From: an uncultured Actinomycetes bacterium | Lineage (GTDB): Bacteria; Actinomycetota; UBA4738; HRBIN12 | Assembly: GCA_963697875.1 (NCBI GenBank) | Contig: OY969099.1 | Location: forward strand, 2,458,736-2,522,735 | Direction: 5' to 3' | DNA: 64,000 nt | Part shown: positions 20,382 to 32,114 of the stretch, piece by piece | Position numbering within the stretch: position 1 is the stretch's first letter | How the letters are laid out: each line of letters starts with the position of its first letter | The notes under the pieces: generated by a model | Database searches by the model: none | The model's input: the letters and a program-made list of their open reading frames with translations, nothing else | What the model was told of the DNA's origin: nothing | Made by a program: the position numbers and the translations under genes

Positions 20382-20423
20382 CGCGTCCAGGCGGGACGTC
20401 CGGCCCGGGCTAGACTCGGTTCC

Positions 20424-21344
20424 ATGATGCGCGACTACCTTTCAGTCGACGACCTCTCACCGGACGAGCTCGCCCACGTCCTCGAGCTGGCCGCGTCGCT
20501 CAAGGCCGACCGGTCGCTCCACTCGACCGCGCTCGCCGGCAGGACGGTCGCGCTGATCTTCGAGAAGTCGTCGACGCGCACCCGAGTGTCGTTCGAGGTC
20601 GGCGTGTCCCAGCTCGGCGCCCGTCCCCTCACGCTGTCGTCCACCGACCTGCAGCTTGGGCGCGGGGAGACGATCGAGGACACAGGCCGCGTCCTCTCCC
20701 GCTACGTCGACGCGATCGTGCTGCGCACATTCGAGCAGGAGCGGCTGGAGGTCCTCGCCGCCGCCGCGACCGTGCCCGTCGTCAACTCGTTGTCGGACTT
20801 CGAGCATCCGTGCCAGGCGCTGGCCGACCTGATGACCATCCGGGAGCGGTTCGGCGACCTCGAAGGCCGGATCCTCACCTACGTCGGCGACGGCAACAAC
20901 GTCGCGCATTCGCTGCTGCTCGCCGGCGCCAAGACCGGGATGCAGGTGCGGGTGGCCACGCCGCCGGGGTTCGAGCCGATCCCGCAGGTGGCGCAACGGG
21001 CGCGTGGGATCGCCGCGGACACCGGGGGCTCGGTGGAGATCGGCAACGATGCGCAGGACGCCGCGACCGGCGCGCACGTGCTGTACACGGACGTCTGGGC
21101 AAGCATGGGGAAGGAGCGGGAGGCCGACGAGCGGGCCCTGGTGTTCCCGGCGTACCAGCTGAACCAGAAGCTGGTCGACGTCGCGGCACCCGACGTGGTG
21201 GTGTTGCATTGTCTGCCGGCGCATCGCGGGCTGGAGATCACCGATGAGGTGATCGACGGGCCGCGCTCAGCCGTGTGGGACCAGGCGGAGAACCGCCTGC
21301 ACTCGCAGAAGGCCCTCGTGCTCTTCCTGTTCGGGATCGCCTGA
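20424..21344 (+). CDS. argF: ornithine carbamoyltransferase
   Basis: STRTR carbamoyl-phosphate motif and HCLP motif, 306 aa. Confidence 0.9.
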   Translation: MMRDYLSVDDLSPDELAHVLELAASLKADRSLHSTALAGRTVALIFEKSSTRTRVSFEVGVSQLGARPLTLSSTDLQLGRGETIEDTGRVLSRYVDAIVLRTFEQERLEVLAAAATVPVVNSLSDFEHPCQALADLMTIRERFGDLEGRILTYVGDGNNVAHSLLLAGAKTGMQVRVATPPGFEPIPQVAQRARGIAADTGGSVEIGNDAQDAATGAHVLYTDVWASMGKEREADERALVFPAYQLNQKLVDVAAPDVVVLHCLPAHRGLEITDEVIDGPRSAVWDQAENRLHSQKALVLFLFGIA

Positions 21345-21358
21345 TCGAGGGCGCGGTC

Positions 21359-23086
21359 GTGCCGCGATCGAACGACGTCGTCGAGCGGGTGCTGCTGGAG
21401 TTCGCCGACCTCCTCGCGATCGTCGGCGGCGACCCGTACAAGCCGCGTGCCTACGAGAAAGCGGCTCGGGCCGTGGGCGGTCACCCGGAGGATCTGCGCG
21501 ACCTCGACGATGCCGGGATCCGGGCGATCCCCAACGTCGGGAAGTCGATCGCCGAGAAGATCCGGACCGTTCTGGACGACGGCACGTTCCCGGAGCTCGA
21601 GTCCCTCCGCGAGCAGGTGCCCCCGGGCGTGCGCGAGATGACGGCGATCCCGGGGTTCGGCCCGAAGAAGGCGATGGCGGTCTACACGGAGCTCGGGATC
21701 GGGAGCGTCGACGAGCTGGTCTCCGCCGCCGAGCAGGGCAGGCTCGCGGGCCTCAAGGGCTTCTCGACGACCACCGAGCGAAACGTGCTGACGGGTGTGC
21801 AGCGCGTCAACAAGAGCACCAGCGGCGGCCGCGTGCTGGTGAGCGAAGCGCTCGAGGCGGCGGAGACGCTTCTGGAGCGTCTCCGCGGGATCGACGGGGT
21901 GCGCAGGGCGGCGTACGCCGGGTCCCTGCGCAGGATGGCCGAGACGATCGGCGACGTCGATCTCCTGGTCGCGAGCGACGAGTCCACCGCCGTCATGGAG
22001 GCGTTCACGTCGTACGCGTCGGTCGATCGCGTGCTCGCCCGCGGCGACACGAAGTCCTCGGTTGTGACGCGCGACGGCCTGCAGGTGGACCTTCGCGTGA
22101 TCCCCCTCGAGTCCTGGGGAGCGGCGATGATCTACTTCACCGGGTCGAAGCCGCACAACGTGCGGATCCGGGAGATGGCCGTCCGCAGGGGCTTGAAGCT
22201 CAACGAGTACGGGCTGTACGTGGCCGACAGCGGCGACCTGCTGGCGGCCCGGAGCGAGGAGCAGGTCTACGAGCACCTGGGGTTGCCCTACATCGAGCCG
22301 ACCTTGCGGGAGGACCGGGGCGAGGTGGAGGCGGCGCTTGCCGGAACGCTGCCCGATCTGCTGACCCTCGCCCAGATCAAGGGTGATCTCCACACGCACA
22401 CGGACCTGACCGACGGCCTCGCGACGCTCGAGCGGATGCTCGAGGCCGCCTCCGCCAAGGGCTACGCCTATTACGCGGTGACCGACCATGCGCCGAACCT
22501 GTACATGCAGCGGATGACCGACGCGAAGATGCTCGCCCAGCGCGCCGAGCTGGACCGGCTTCGGGCGCGGTTCCCGAAGATGACCCTCCTGCACGGGACG
22601 GAGCTGAACATCGACCCCGAGGGCCGAGTCGATTGGGGTCCGGAGTTCCTCGAGGGCTTCGACGTGACCATCGCCTCGGTGCACTCCCATTTCGGGCTTG
22701 GCCGCGCGGCGCAGACGCGCCGCGTGGTTCGCGCCATCGAGAACCCACACGTCAACGTGATCGGTCACCTCACGACCAGGCTGATCGGCCGGCGGGAACC
22801 GATCGACCTCGACCTGGAGGTCATCTTCGAAGCGGCGGCGCGTGCCGGCACGGCGCTCGAGATCAACGGGTTCCCCGACCGGCTGGACCTTCGCGACGAA
22901 CACGTCCTGTGGGCCCGGCGCCATGGCGTGCGGTTCGCGGTGGACACCGACAGCCACGCCGTCGGACACCTGGACGCGATGCGCTACGGAGTGGCGACCG
23001 CGCAGCGCGGATGGCTCTCGAAGGACGACGTGATCAACGCGTGGCCGAAGACGAAGCTGCGGCGGTTCCTGCGGAAGGGCCGCTGA
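21359..23086 (+). CDS. polX: DNA polymerase X family protein with C-terminal PHP domain
   Basis: N-terminal HhH/Pol-beta-like region (DPYKPRAYEKAARAV), C-terminal PHP motifs (HTHTDLTDG...DHAPN); GTG at 21359. Confidence 0.8.
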   Translation: MPRSNDVVERVLLEFADLLAIVGGDPYKPRAYEKAARAVGGHPEDLRDLDDAGIRAIPNVGKSIAEKIRTVLDDGTFPELESLREQVPPGVREMTAIPGFGPKKAMAVYTELGIGSVDELVSAAEQGRLAGLKGFSTTTERNVLTGVQRVNKSTSGGRVLVSEALEAAETLLERLRGIDGVRRAAYAGSLRRMAETIGDVDLLVASDESTAVMEAFTSYASVDRVLARGDTKSSVVTRDGLQVDLRVIPLESWGAAMIYFTGSKPHNVRIREMAVRRGLKLNEYGLYVADSGDLLAARSEEQVYEHLGLPYIEPTLREDRGEVEAALAGTLPDLLTLAQIKGDLHTHTDLTDGLATLERMLEAASAKGYAYYAVTDHAPNLYMQRMTDAKMLAQRAELDRLRARFPKMTLLHGTELNIDPEGRVDWGPEFLEGFDVTIASVHSHFGLGRAAQTRRVVRAIENPHVNVIGHLTTRLIGRREPIDLDLEVIFEAAARAGTALEINGFPDRLDLRDEHVLWARRHGVRFAVDTDSHAVGHLDAMRYGVATAQRGWLSKDDVINAWPKTKLRRFLRKGR

Positions 23087-23087
23087 G

Positions 23088-23720
23088 GTGGCCGCCCGTC
23101 TGCCGCGAACGTTCTTCGCGCGCCCCTCGCACGTCGTCGGCCCGGCGCTCCTGGGTCACGTGCTCGTGCGACGGCTGCCATCGGGCCTCGAACTCCGGGC
23201 CCGTCTCGTGGAGACCGAGGCCTATCGCGAGGACGATCCGGCGAGTCACTCCTTCCGCGGGCCCACGCCACGCAACGGGGTGATGTTCGGCCCGGCAGGA
23301 CACCTCTACGTCTATTTCACCTATGGGATGCACTACTGCATGAACGTCGTGACCGGGAAGGTCGGAGAAGGGAGCGCGGTGCTGTTGCGTGCTGCGGAGC
23401 CGCTCGACGGCCTCGAGGCGATGCGGAGACGCCGGGGGACCGAACGTGTGCTGGCGCTGTGCAGCGGACCGGCTCGCCTGACCGAGGCCCTGTCCGTGGA
23501 CCGCGCGCTCGACGGCACCGACCTCGTGCGTGGCGCCGAGGTCTGGCTCGAACACGGCCAGGGCCTCTCCACCGAGGCCATCATGACCGGTCCGAGGGTG
23601 GGGATCCGCCAGGCCGTCGAGAAGCCCTGGCGATTCTTCGAGGCGGGGAGCGAGTGGGTGTCGCGCGGTCGTCCGGGGCCTCCGCCGGTCAGGACGCCGG
23701 GGGCGCCTTCGCGAGGGTGA
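23088..23720 (+). CDS. mpg: DNA-3-methyladenine glycosylase (Mpg/AAG family)
   Basis: ...LVETEAYREDDPASHSFRGPTPRN...LYVYFTYGMHYCMNVV... Confidence 0.85.
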   Translation: MAARLPRTFFARPSHVVGPALLGHVLVRRLPSGLELRARLVETEAYREDDPASHSFRGPTPRNGVMFGPAGHLYVYFTYGMHYCMNVVTGKVGEGSAVLLRAAEPLDGLEAMRRRRGTERVLALCSGPARLTEALSVDRALDGTDLVRGAEVWLEHGQGLSTEAIMTGPRVGIRQAVEKPWRFFEAGSEWVSRGRPGPPPVRTPGAPSRG

Positions 23721-25917
23721 TCGTGACGGTGTCGGTCTGCATCGCGTCGGTTCCGGCGGCCGGCGACTCGTAGATGACGGTGCCCACGGGCTGGGTGGAC
23801 GCCCTCGCCGTCACCTCCACGTAGAAGCCGGCGTGCCGCAGGGTCTCCATCGCCTGGCCCTGGGGGAACCCGATCACGGACGGCACGATGACCTCCTGCA
23901 ACGACGTGGGAGACGTACACGCCTGGGTCGGCTCGGTGCCCGCGATGAACGTCAGGTTCTGGATGTTCTGCGGCAGCGTGAACCGGTTGGGGAGGCAGTA
24001 CGGGCTCTGGGTAACGTCCACCCCCACCGTGATGTAAGTCACGTCCGGCGAGGGGAAGCCGTCGGGTTGGAGATGGGCGGTCACCCGCAGCATCAGCACC
24101 CGCCAGATCTGCGCCGGCCACGTCCCCCCGAACACCGTGATGCGCGTGCGCGGTGGCTCCATGGGGATCTGTCCCTGGTGGAAGCCGACCCACACGGCGG
24201 CCGTCAGCTGCGGGACCGAGCCCACGAACCAGGCGTTGTTGTGATGGTCGTCCGTGCCCGTCTTGCCGATCTGCGGGCGTCCGATGTTCGCGGCCGTGCC
24301 CGTCCCGTAGAGGACCGCGTCCTGCAGGATGCCGTCGGCCAGCGAGGCGACCTTGGGGTCGACCACTTGTTGGGGGTTGGGGTTCGACTGCCAGATCACC
24401 TGGCCGCCCGCGTCGGTGACCGTCGCGGCCGGCACCGGGTCCACCCGTTGTCCGCCGGTGGCCAGGGTGCCGTACGCGCTCGCCATCTCGAGCGTGTTGG
24501 CCTCGTTGGCGCCCAGCACCGCTGCGAGGTACGGCTGCAGCGGCGTGGCGGGCCGCGACACGCTTCGGCAGCAGCGCATCCCCATCCGGTCCGCGACCTC
24601 GACGACGGTCTGGGGTGTGAGGCGCTGGATCAGCTGTGCGTAGACGGTGTTGACCGAGTCGATCGTCGCGGCGCGAAGCGTCATGGAACCGTACCCCGAG
24701 CCCTCGGCGTTGACGACGTGCCACCACCCGCCGTCGGCCATCGGGATCGAGATCGAGGCGGGTGCCTGGAAGATCGTGTCCGGTGAGTACCCGTTCTCCA
24801 GCGCGGCCACGAGCGCGAACGGCTTGAACGCCGATCCGGTCTGGCGCCCGGTCCCGCCGGTTCCCGTCGCGAGGTTGACCCGCCCGGCCCGCCGGTCCTT
24901 CCAGTAGTCGGCGTCCTTGCCTCCGACCATCGCGCGAACGGCGCCGCTCCTCGGATCAAGGACGGTGACGGCTGCGTCGGGGTCGGTGGGATAGGACAGC
25001 ACCGACGTGAGGGCGTCCTGGGCGGCGCGCTGGATCTCGGGCTCCAGGGTGGTGGCGATGCGGAGTCCACCCGTGAACAGCAGCTGATACCGGTCGTCGC
25101 GCGTCCGGCCGAATGCAGGGTTGGAGAGGAACCACTGCTTCAAGTAGTCGACGAAATACGGATACGGGTACCGCTGGATCGCGGCATCCCTGCGCAGCGC
25201 GAGGCGTTGGCCCATCGCCCCGTGCATCTGCCGGCGGGTGATCGTGCCCATCTCGCGCATGAGCCGCAGGACCACGCCGCGCCGGCCGAGCGCCGATCGC
25301 ATCCGCAGGAAGGGGTCGAAGTGGTTGGGGGCCGAGATCAGTCCGGCCAGCGTTGCCGACTGGGACAGCGTCAGCTGCGACGCGTCCACGCCGAAGTACG
25401 TGCGCGCGGCGGCCTGGGCACCGTAGGCGCCCTCGCCGAAGTACACGGTGTTGAGGTACTTGGTGAGGATCTGCTCCTTCGAGTAGCGATCCTCGAGCTG
25501 CCACGCCAGGACGGCCTCCTGGAACTTCCGCCGGAACGTGTCGGCGTTCCCGACGTACAGCTGCTTCACGAGCTGCTGGGTGATCGTGGAGCCGCCCTCG
25601 ACGACCCGCCCGTTCGCCACGTTCTCGACCGCCGCACGCAGGATCGCCTGCAGGTCGACGCCGTGATGGGTGTAGAAGCGGCGGTCCTCGATCGCGACCG
25701 CCGCGTCCCGAAGGGCCTGTGGGATCTTCGATCTGGGGAGGACGACACGGTCTTCGGTCGCGTGCAGCTCGGTGATCAACGACCCGTCGGCGGCGTAGAC
25801 GAACGTGGTCTGTGCGAGCGGGCGAGCCGAGTAGTCGTCGAGGTTCGGCAGGCTGCAGCCGGTCGCCACCGCGACGAGCAGAACGACGAGCGCGACCGGC
25901 CCCCGGACCTTCCGCAT
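23689..25917 (-). CDS. class A penicillin-binding protein (GT51 transglycosylase + transpeptidase) with C-terminal PASTA domain and lipoprotein-type signal
   Basis: signal peptide and lipobox (MRKVRGPVALVVLLVAVATGC); GT51 motifs (EDRRFYTHHGVD...GGSTITQQLVK); transpeptidase SAFKPF...KTGT; C-terminal PASTA (VIVPSVIGFPQGQAMETLRHAGFYVEV); the track ORF extends spuriously upstream of M222. Confidence 0.85.
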   Translation of the reverse strand: MRKVRGPVALVVLLVAVATGCSLPNLDDYSARPLAQTTFVYAADGSLITELHATEDRVVLPRSKIPQALRDAAVAIEDRRFYTHHGVDLQAILRAAVENVANGRVVEGGSTITQQLVKQLYVGNADTFRRKFQEAVLAWQLEDRYSKEQILTKYLNTVYFGEGAYGAQAAARTYFGVDASQLTLSQSATLAGLISAPNHFDPFLRMRSALGRRGVVLRLMREMGTITRRQMHGAMGQRLALRRDAAIQRYPYPYFVDYLKQWFLSNPAFGRTRDDRYQLLFTGGLRIATTLEPEIQRAAQDALTSVLSYPTDPDAAVTVLDPRSGAVRAMVGGKDADYWKDRRAGRVNLATGTGGTGRQTGSAFKPFALVAALENGYSPDTIFQAPASISIPMADGGWWHVVNAEGSGYGSMTLRAATIDSVNTVYAQLIQRLTPQTVVEVADRMGMRCCRSVSRPATPLQPYLAAVLGANEANTLEMASAYGTLATGGQRVDPVPAATVTDAGGQVIWQSNPNPQQVVDPKVASLADGILQDAVLYGTGTAANIGRPQIGKTGTDDHHNNAWFVGSVPQLTAAVWVGFHQGQIPMEPPRTRITVFGGTWPAQIWRVLMLRVTAHLQPDGFPSPDVTYITVGVDVTQSPYCLPNRFTLPQNIQNLTFIAGTEPTQACTSPTSLQEVIVPSVIGFPQGQAMETLRHAGFYVEVTARASTQPVGTVIYESPAAGTDAMQTDTVTITLAKAPPAS

Positions 25918-25980
25918 ACCCGCGAAGCGTACCCCCGGACCTGCGGTTCTTCGGGGAGCCACTGGTAGCATCGCGGCGCC

Positions 25981-27192
25981 ATGCGCGCCGACGCGCTCAC
26001 CCAGCTGAAGACCGGAACCGCCGAGATCCACCCGGAAGACGGCCTCGAGCAGAAGCTGGCTCTCGGACGCCCCCTGCGCGTGAAGTTCGGCATCGACCCG
26101 AGCCGCCCGGACCTCACGCTCGGCCATACCGTCGTGCTGCGGAAGCTCCGCCAGTTCCAGGACGCCGGCCACGTGGCGGTGCTGATCGTGGGCGACTTCA
26201 CCGCGAGGATCGGCGACCCTTCGGGTCTGTCGCAGACCCGGCCGATGCTCAGCGAGGAAGAGGTGGCGGCGAACGCGCGGACGTACTTCGAGCAGGCGGG
26301 GAAGGTCATCGACGTCGAGCGCGCCGATGTCCACGGGAACGCGGCGTGGAACGCCTCGATGGACATGTCGCAGCTGCTCCGGCTCGCGTCGACCACCACC
26401 GTGGCCCAGATGCTCGAGCGAGAGGACTTCGGGGCGCGGTATCGGGGCGGTCAGCCCATCAGCGTCGTCGAGCTGCTCTACCCGTTGTTCCAAGGCTACG
26501 ACTCGGTCGCGGTCGAGGCGGACGTCGAGCTCGGTGGCACCGATCAGATGTTCAACCTGTTGATGGGGCGGGAGGTCCAACGCGCCTACGGGCAGGACCC
26601 GCAGGTCGTGCTCACGATGCCGCTACTCGAGGGGATCGACGGGGTCAGGAAGATGTCCAAGTCCTTCGGGAACTACGTCGCCCTCACCGATCCCCCGGAA
26701 GAGATGTTCGGAAAGCTGATGTCGATCCCGGACGACCTGATCGCGAAGTACGAACTGCTGTGTGCGGGGTTCCACGACCACGACCGCGTGGTGGCGGGAC
26801 TCGCCGACGGCACGATCCACCCGAACGAGGAGAAACGACGTATGGCGCGCGCCATCGTGGGCCTCTACCACGGCGAAGGCGCCGGGACCGCCGCCGAGGA
26901 ACGATTCGACCAGGTCCATATCGAGCACGAGATCCCCCACGACGTCCCCGACGTGAACCTCTCCGCGGACGCGATCCGGAACGGGAGGGTCTGGCTCCCG
27001 CGGATGCTGGTGGCGGCCGGGCTCGCCGCATCCAATGGCGACGCCCGACGGAAGGTCACCGAGGGCGGGGTTCGCCTCGATGGCGAGCGCCTCGCGGACC
27101 CGGACGCCGAGTTCGACCCGAACGAGCTGATGGGGAAGGTCCTGCAGGTGGGCCGTCGCAGGTTCGTCCGCATCGCCGGTGTCGTAGAATAG
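25981..27192 (+). CDS. tyrS: tyrosine--tRNA ligase
   Basis: HIGH-like LTLGH and KMSKS motifs; C-terminal S4-like domain. Confidence 0.9.
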   Translation: MRADALTQLKTGTAEIHPEDGLEQKLALGRPLRVKFGIDPSRPDLTLGHTVVLRKLRQFQDAGHVAVLIVGDFTARIGDPSGLSQTRPMLSEEEVAANARTYFEQAGKVIDVERADVHGNAAWNASMDMSQLLRLASTTTVAQMLEREDFGARYRGGQPISVVELLYPLFQGYDSVAVEADVELGGTDQMFNLLMGREVQRAYGQDPQVVLTMPLLEGIDGVRKMSKSFGNYVALTDPPEEMFGKLMSIPDDLIAKYELLCAGFHDHDRVVAGLADGTIHPNEEKRRMARAIVGLYHGEGAGTAAEERFDQVHIEHEIPHDVPDVNLSADAIRNGRVWLPRMLVAAGLAASNGDARRKVTEGGVRLDGERLADPDAEFDPNELMGKVLQVGRRRFVRIAGVVE

Positions 27193-27231
27193 GAGCAGAA
27201 TCGAACAGCGGTTCGTGCAGCAGTCCTCGGG

Positions 27232-27259
27232 TTGACGCCTGAGGGGGGGCTGCTACGAT
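27232..27259 (+). promoter_or_regulatory. candidate rRNA operon promoter (TTGACG -35 / TACGAT -10)
   Basis: ttgacg-N16-tacgat about 240 nt upstream of 16S; a cttgagaac motif near 27325 recurs after the 16S 3' end (likely processing-stem complement). Confidence 0.35.
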
Positions 27260-27495
27260 ACCCGTCCGGCGCGGCTCCCCTCCGCGAGGTCCTCGACCTT
27301 GTCGCGGGGGGCGTTTGCGCGTCGCACGGACCTTGAGAACTGAACAGCGTGATAGCCAGTGCCTCGTCGAGAGCGGGCGCGGTTCGCCGTGCCCGACCTT
27401 GGACGACCGTACGAAACACGATGAACCGCCCGGCAACGGGCGGGTCAGGAACTGGCCGGCGCGAGGTGCCTCTCGGGCCGGCCGAATTCTCTACG

Positions 27496-29015
<1,520 letters not shown>

Positions 29016-30356
29016 AGCCGTTGGCACTTCGGCGATCCGACGACCACGTCGGGTCATGCATGCCGGAAGACTCCAGGTCAATCACTGGCTCGCCGTCGAG
29101 GCGTGATGGGATCACCCTTCGCGTTGCGGCGGCACACGCTGTTCAGCTTTGAGGGTCCGTGCCCTCGAGCACCTTGAGAACTCGATAGCGAGCGCGAGCA
29201 TCTACAAACAGTCAAGTTATGAAGGGCTTACGGTGGATGCCTTGGCGCCAGGAGCCGATGAAGGACGCGTCTGGCTGCGAAAAGCTTCGGGGAGCTGCCG
29301 AGAGAGCTTTGATCCGGAGATGTCCGAATGGGGAAACCCGGCCGGGGTCATGCCCGGTCACCCGTCGCTGAACACATAGGCGACGTGGAGGGAACCGCCC
29401 GAAGTGAAACATCTCAGTAGGGCGAGGAAGGGAAAGCAACCGCGACTCCCCCAGTAGCGGCGAGCGAACGGGGAAGAGCCTAAACCGGTACGGTGCGATA
29501 GCCCGACGGCGTTGCCGTACCGGGGTCGTGGGACCTGCGTGGATCCTCGTCGGAGGGTCTGAGGAGTGACAAAGTCGACGTCTAGACGAAGGCCATGGAA
29601 AGGGCCGCCGCAGCGGGTAACAGCCCCGTAGTCGAAAGGCGAGCGACCTCCTTGCAGTGTTCCCGAGTAGCACGGGACCCCGGAAATCCCGTGCGAATCC
29701 GGGGGGACCACCCCCTAAGGCTAAGCACTCCCTGGCGACCGATAGTGAACCAGTACCGTGAGGGAAAGGTGAAAAGCACCCCGGGAGGGGAGTGAAAGAG
29801 CACCTGAAACCGTGAGCCTACAAACAGTCGGAGCTCCACCTGGGCAACCAGGTGGGGTGACGGCGTGCCTTTTGAAGAATGAGCCGGCGAGTTAGCGGTG
29901 CGCGGCGAGGTTAAGTCTTCTGACGAAGCCGAAGCGAAAGCGAGTCTGCATGGGGCGAAGAGTCGCGTGCCCTAGACCCGAAGCCGAGTGATCTACCCAT
30001 GGGCAGGTTGAAGCGAGGGTAAGACCTCGTGGAGGACCGAACCCACCAGGGTTGAAAACCTGGGGGATGACCTGTGGGTAGGGGTGAAAGGCCAATCAAA
30101 CTCGGTGATAGCTGGTTCTCCCCGAAATGCCTTTAGGGGCAGCCTCGGGCGTTCTCCGACGGAGGTAGAGCACTGATTGGGCTAGGGGGCCTACAAGCTT
30201 ACCGACCTCAGTCAAACTCCGAATGCCGTCGGACCAGAGCTCGGGAGTGAGGGCGCGGGGGCTAAGCTCCGTGTCCGAGAGGGAAACAACCCAGATCGCC
30301 AGCTAAGGTCCCTAAGTTCGTGCTAAGTGGGTAAGGATGTGGGATCGCCCAGACAA

Positions 30357-30414
<58 letters not shown>

Positions 30415-31361
30415 AAGTGGTCCTGCGCCGACGATGTATCGGGGCTCAAGCACGACACCGAAGCTGCGGGATCCACCGTATCGCTCGGCCCACGGGGGAG
30501 GCCTCGTGGGTCCAGGCGGGTGGATCGGTAGGGGAGCGTTCTGACGCGCGTGAAGCCGCGGGGGAACCCAGCGGTGGACGCGTCAGAAGTGAGAATGCCG
30601 GCATGAGTAGCGAAAGACGGGGGAGGAACCCGTCCGCCGAATGCCCAAGGGTTCCTGGGGAAGGTTCATCCGCCCAGGGTTAGTCGGGACCTAAGCCGAG
30701 GCCGAGAGGCGTAGGCGATGGACGACTGGTTGATATTCCAGTACCACCTTGATCGCGCCCAGGCCGAATCCACGGCGCTAAGGGAACCCCTTCGGGGGCT
30801 ACCGACCCTCGTGGTACTAGGCCAGCGATGGGGGGACGCAGGAAGGTAGCTCGACCCAGGCGTTGGTCGTCCTGGGGCAAGTGCGTAGGGAGGCCTCCCA
30901 GGCAAATCCGGGGGGTCGATCCTGAGGCACGATGCCGAACCGTCTAGGTGAAGCGAGTGATCCTATGCTGCCGAGAAAAGCCTCTAGCGAGTGATCAAGG
31001 TGCCCGTACCCCAAACCGACACAGGTGGGCACGTAGAGAATACGAAGGCGATCGAGAGAACCCTGGTCAAGGAACTCGGCAAATTGCGTCCGTAACTTCG
31101 GGAGAAGGACGACCGCGTTAGGGTGAAGGACTTCGCGTTCCGAGCCCGAAGCGGTGGCACAGACCAGGCCCAAGCGACTGTTTACTAAAAACACAGGTCC
31201 GTGCGAAGTCGTAAGACGATGTATACGGACTGACGCCTGCCCGGTGCCGGAACGTTAAGGGGAGAGGTCAGTGGCTTCGGCCGCGAAGCTTTGAACCCAA
31301 GCGCCGGTAAACGGCGGCGGTAACTATAACCGTCCTAAGGTAGCGAAATTCCTTGTCAGGT

Positions 31362-32114
31362 AACGAAAGTTGCCTTGCGCCGGAGCGATCCGGCGTGCAG
31401 ACCCGCTCATAACGGCGAAGCCCTCACCGACTGCCCCGACCAAGGACGGGGCGATAGGCGGCGGGCGATGCCGTGGGAAGCCCTCTGTCCCTCCGGGACA
31501 TGGCCCCGTAACGACTGATCCCGATATGGGTGACGCTTCGGTCCTGTCACACTTCGCCGATACGGTTCGAGGGTGACAAATCTATGGCCGGGGCGATACG
31601 CGGGCTCTCACGCGATGCTCGTGGATCTGCCGTCGTACATCTCGGGATACTTCGACGGCGAGGGCTGCTTCACCGTTTCCATCGCACCTCGGCCGAGGCT
31701 GATGGTGGGTTGGGAGGTGAGGCCAAGCGTCTCGGTCAGCCAGAACGGCGACCGCTCCGAGGTCCTGTTAGAGATTCAACGGTTCTTCGGGTGCGGAAGT
31801 CTCAGGCCCGATCGAAGCGACAAGACGCTCAAATGGGAGGTGCGAAGCCTTCCGTTCCTCTTGGAACGGGTGCTCCCTCACTTCCGAGCATATCCCTTGC
31901 TGTCGGGGAAACGCCGTGACTTCGAGCTACTCGATCGCATCTGCCGATCGATGGCCGAGGGCCGGCACCTGACCGTGGACGGATTGGCCGGTATCGTGCG
32001 TTTGGCCGCTCAGATGAATCCGAGTGGTTCGCGCCGATACCGACCCGACGAGATCCTCGAGCGCTTGAGATGAAGGCATAGTCTGCCCCCTCCGGAAACG
32101 GGGGGATCAAGGTG
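31362..32114 (+). mobile_element. group I-type intron in 23S rRNA (E. coli-equivalent position about U1951) carrying a LAGLIDADG homing-endonuclease ORF
   Basis: the conserved 23S stretch ...CCTTGTCAGGT|...|AAGTTCTGACCTGCACGAATGGCGTAACGA is split by 753 nt; the 5' exon ends in U and the insert ends in G (group I hallmarks); the insert begins aacgaaagttgccttgc, whose GCCT can pair with exon AGGU (P1). Confidence 0.8.
31573..32073 (+). CDS. LAGLIDADG-family homing endonuclease (single-motif, I-CreI-like), intron-encoded
   Basis: motif LPSYISGYFDGEGCF near the N-terminus, 150-166 aa; the likely true start is the ATG at about 31615 (MLVDLPSYISGYFDGEGCF). Confidence 0.8.
   Translation: MTNLWPGRYAGSHAMLVDLPSYISGYFDGEGCFTVSIAPRPRLMVGWEVRPSVSVSQNGDRSEVLLEIQRFFGCGSLRPDRSDKTLKWEVRSLPFLLERVLPHFRAYPLLSGKRRDFELLDRICRSMAEGRHLTVDGLAGIVRLAAQMNPSGSRRYRPDEILERLR

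Noticed and set aside
20386-20410. Hairpin gacgcgtcc-agg-cgggacgtc after pheT as a terminator
   Set aside because: The stem is imperfect and there is no U-tract. argF follows within 40 nt, so it is probably not a terminator.
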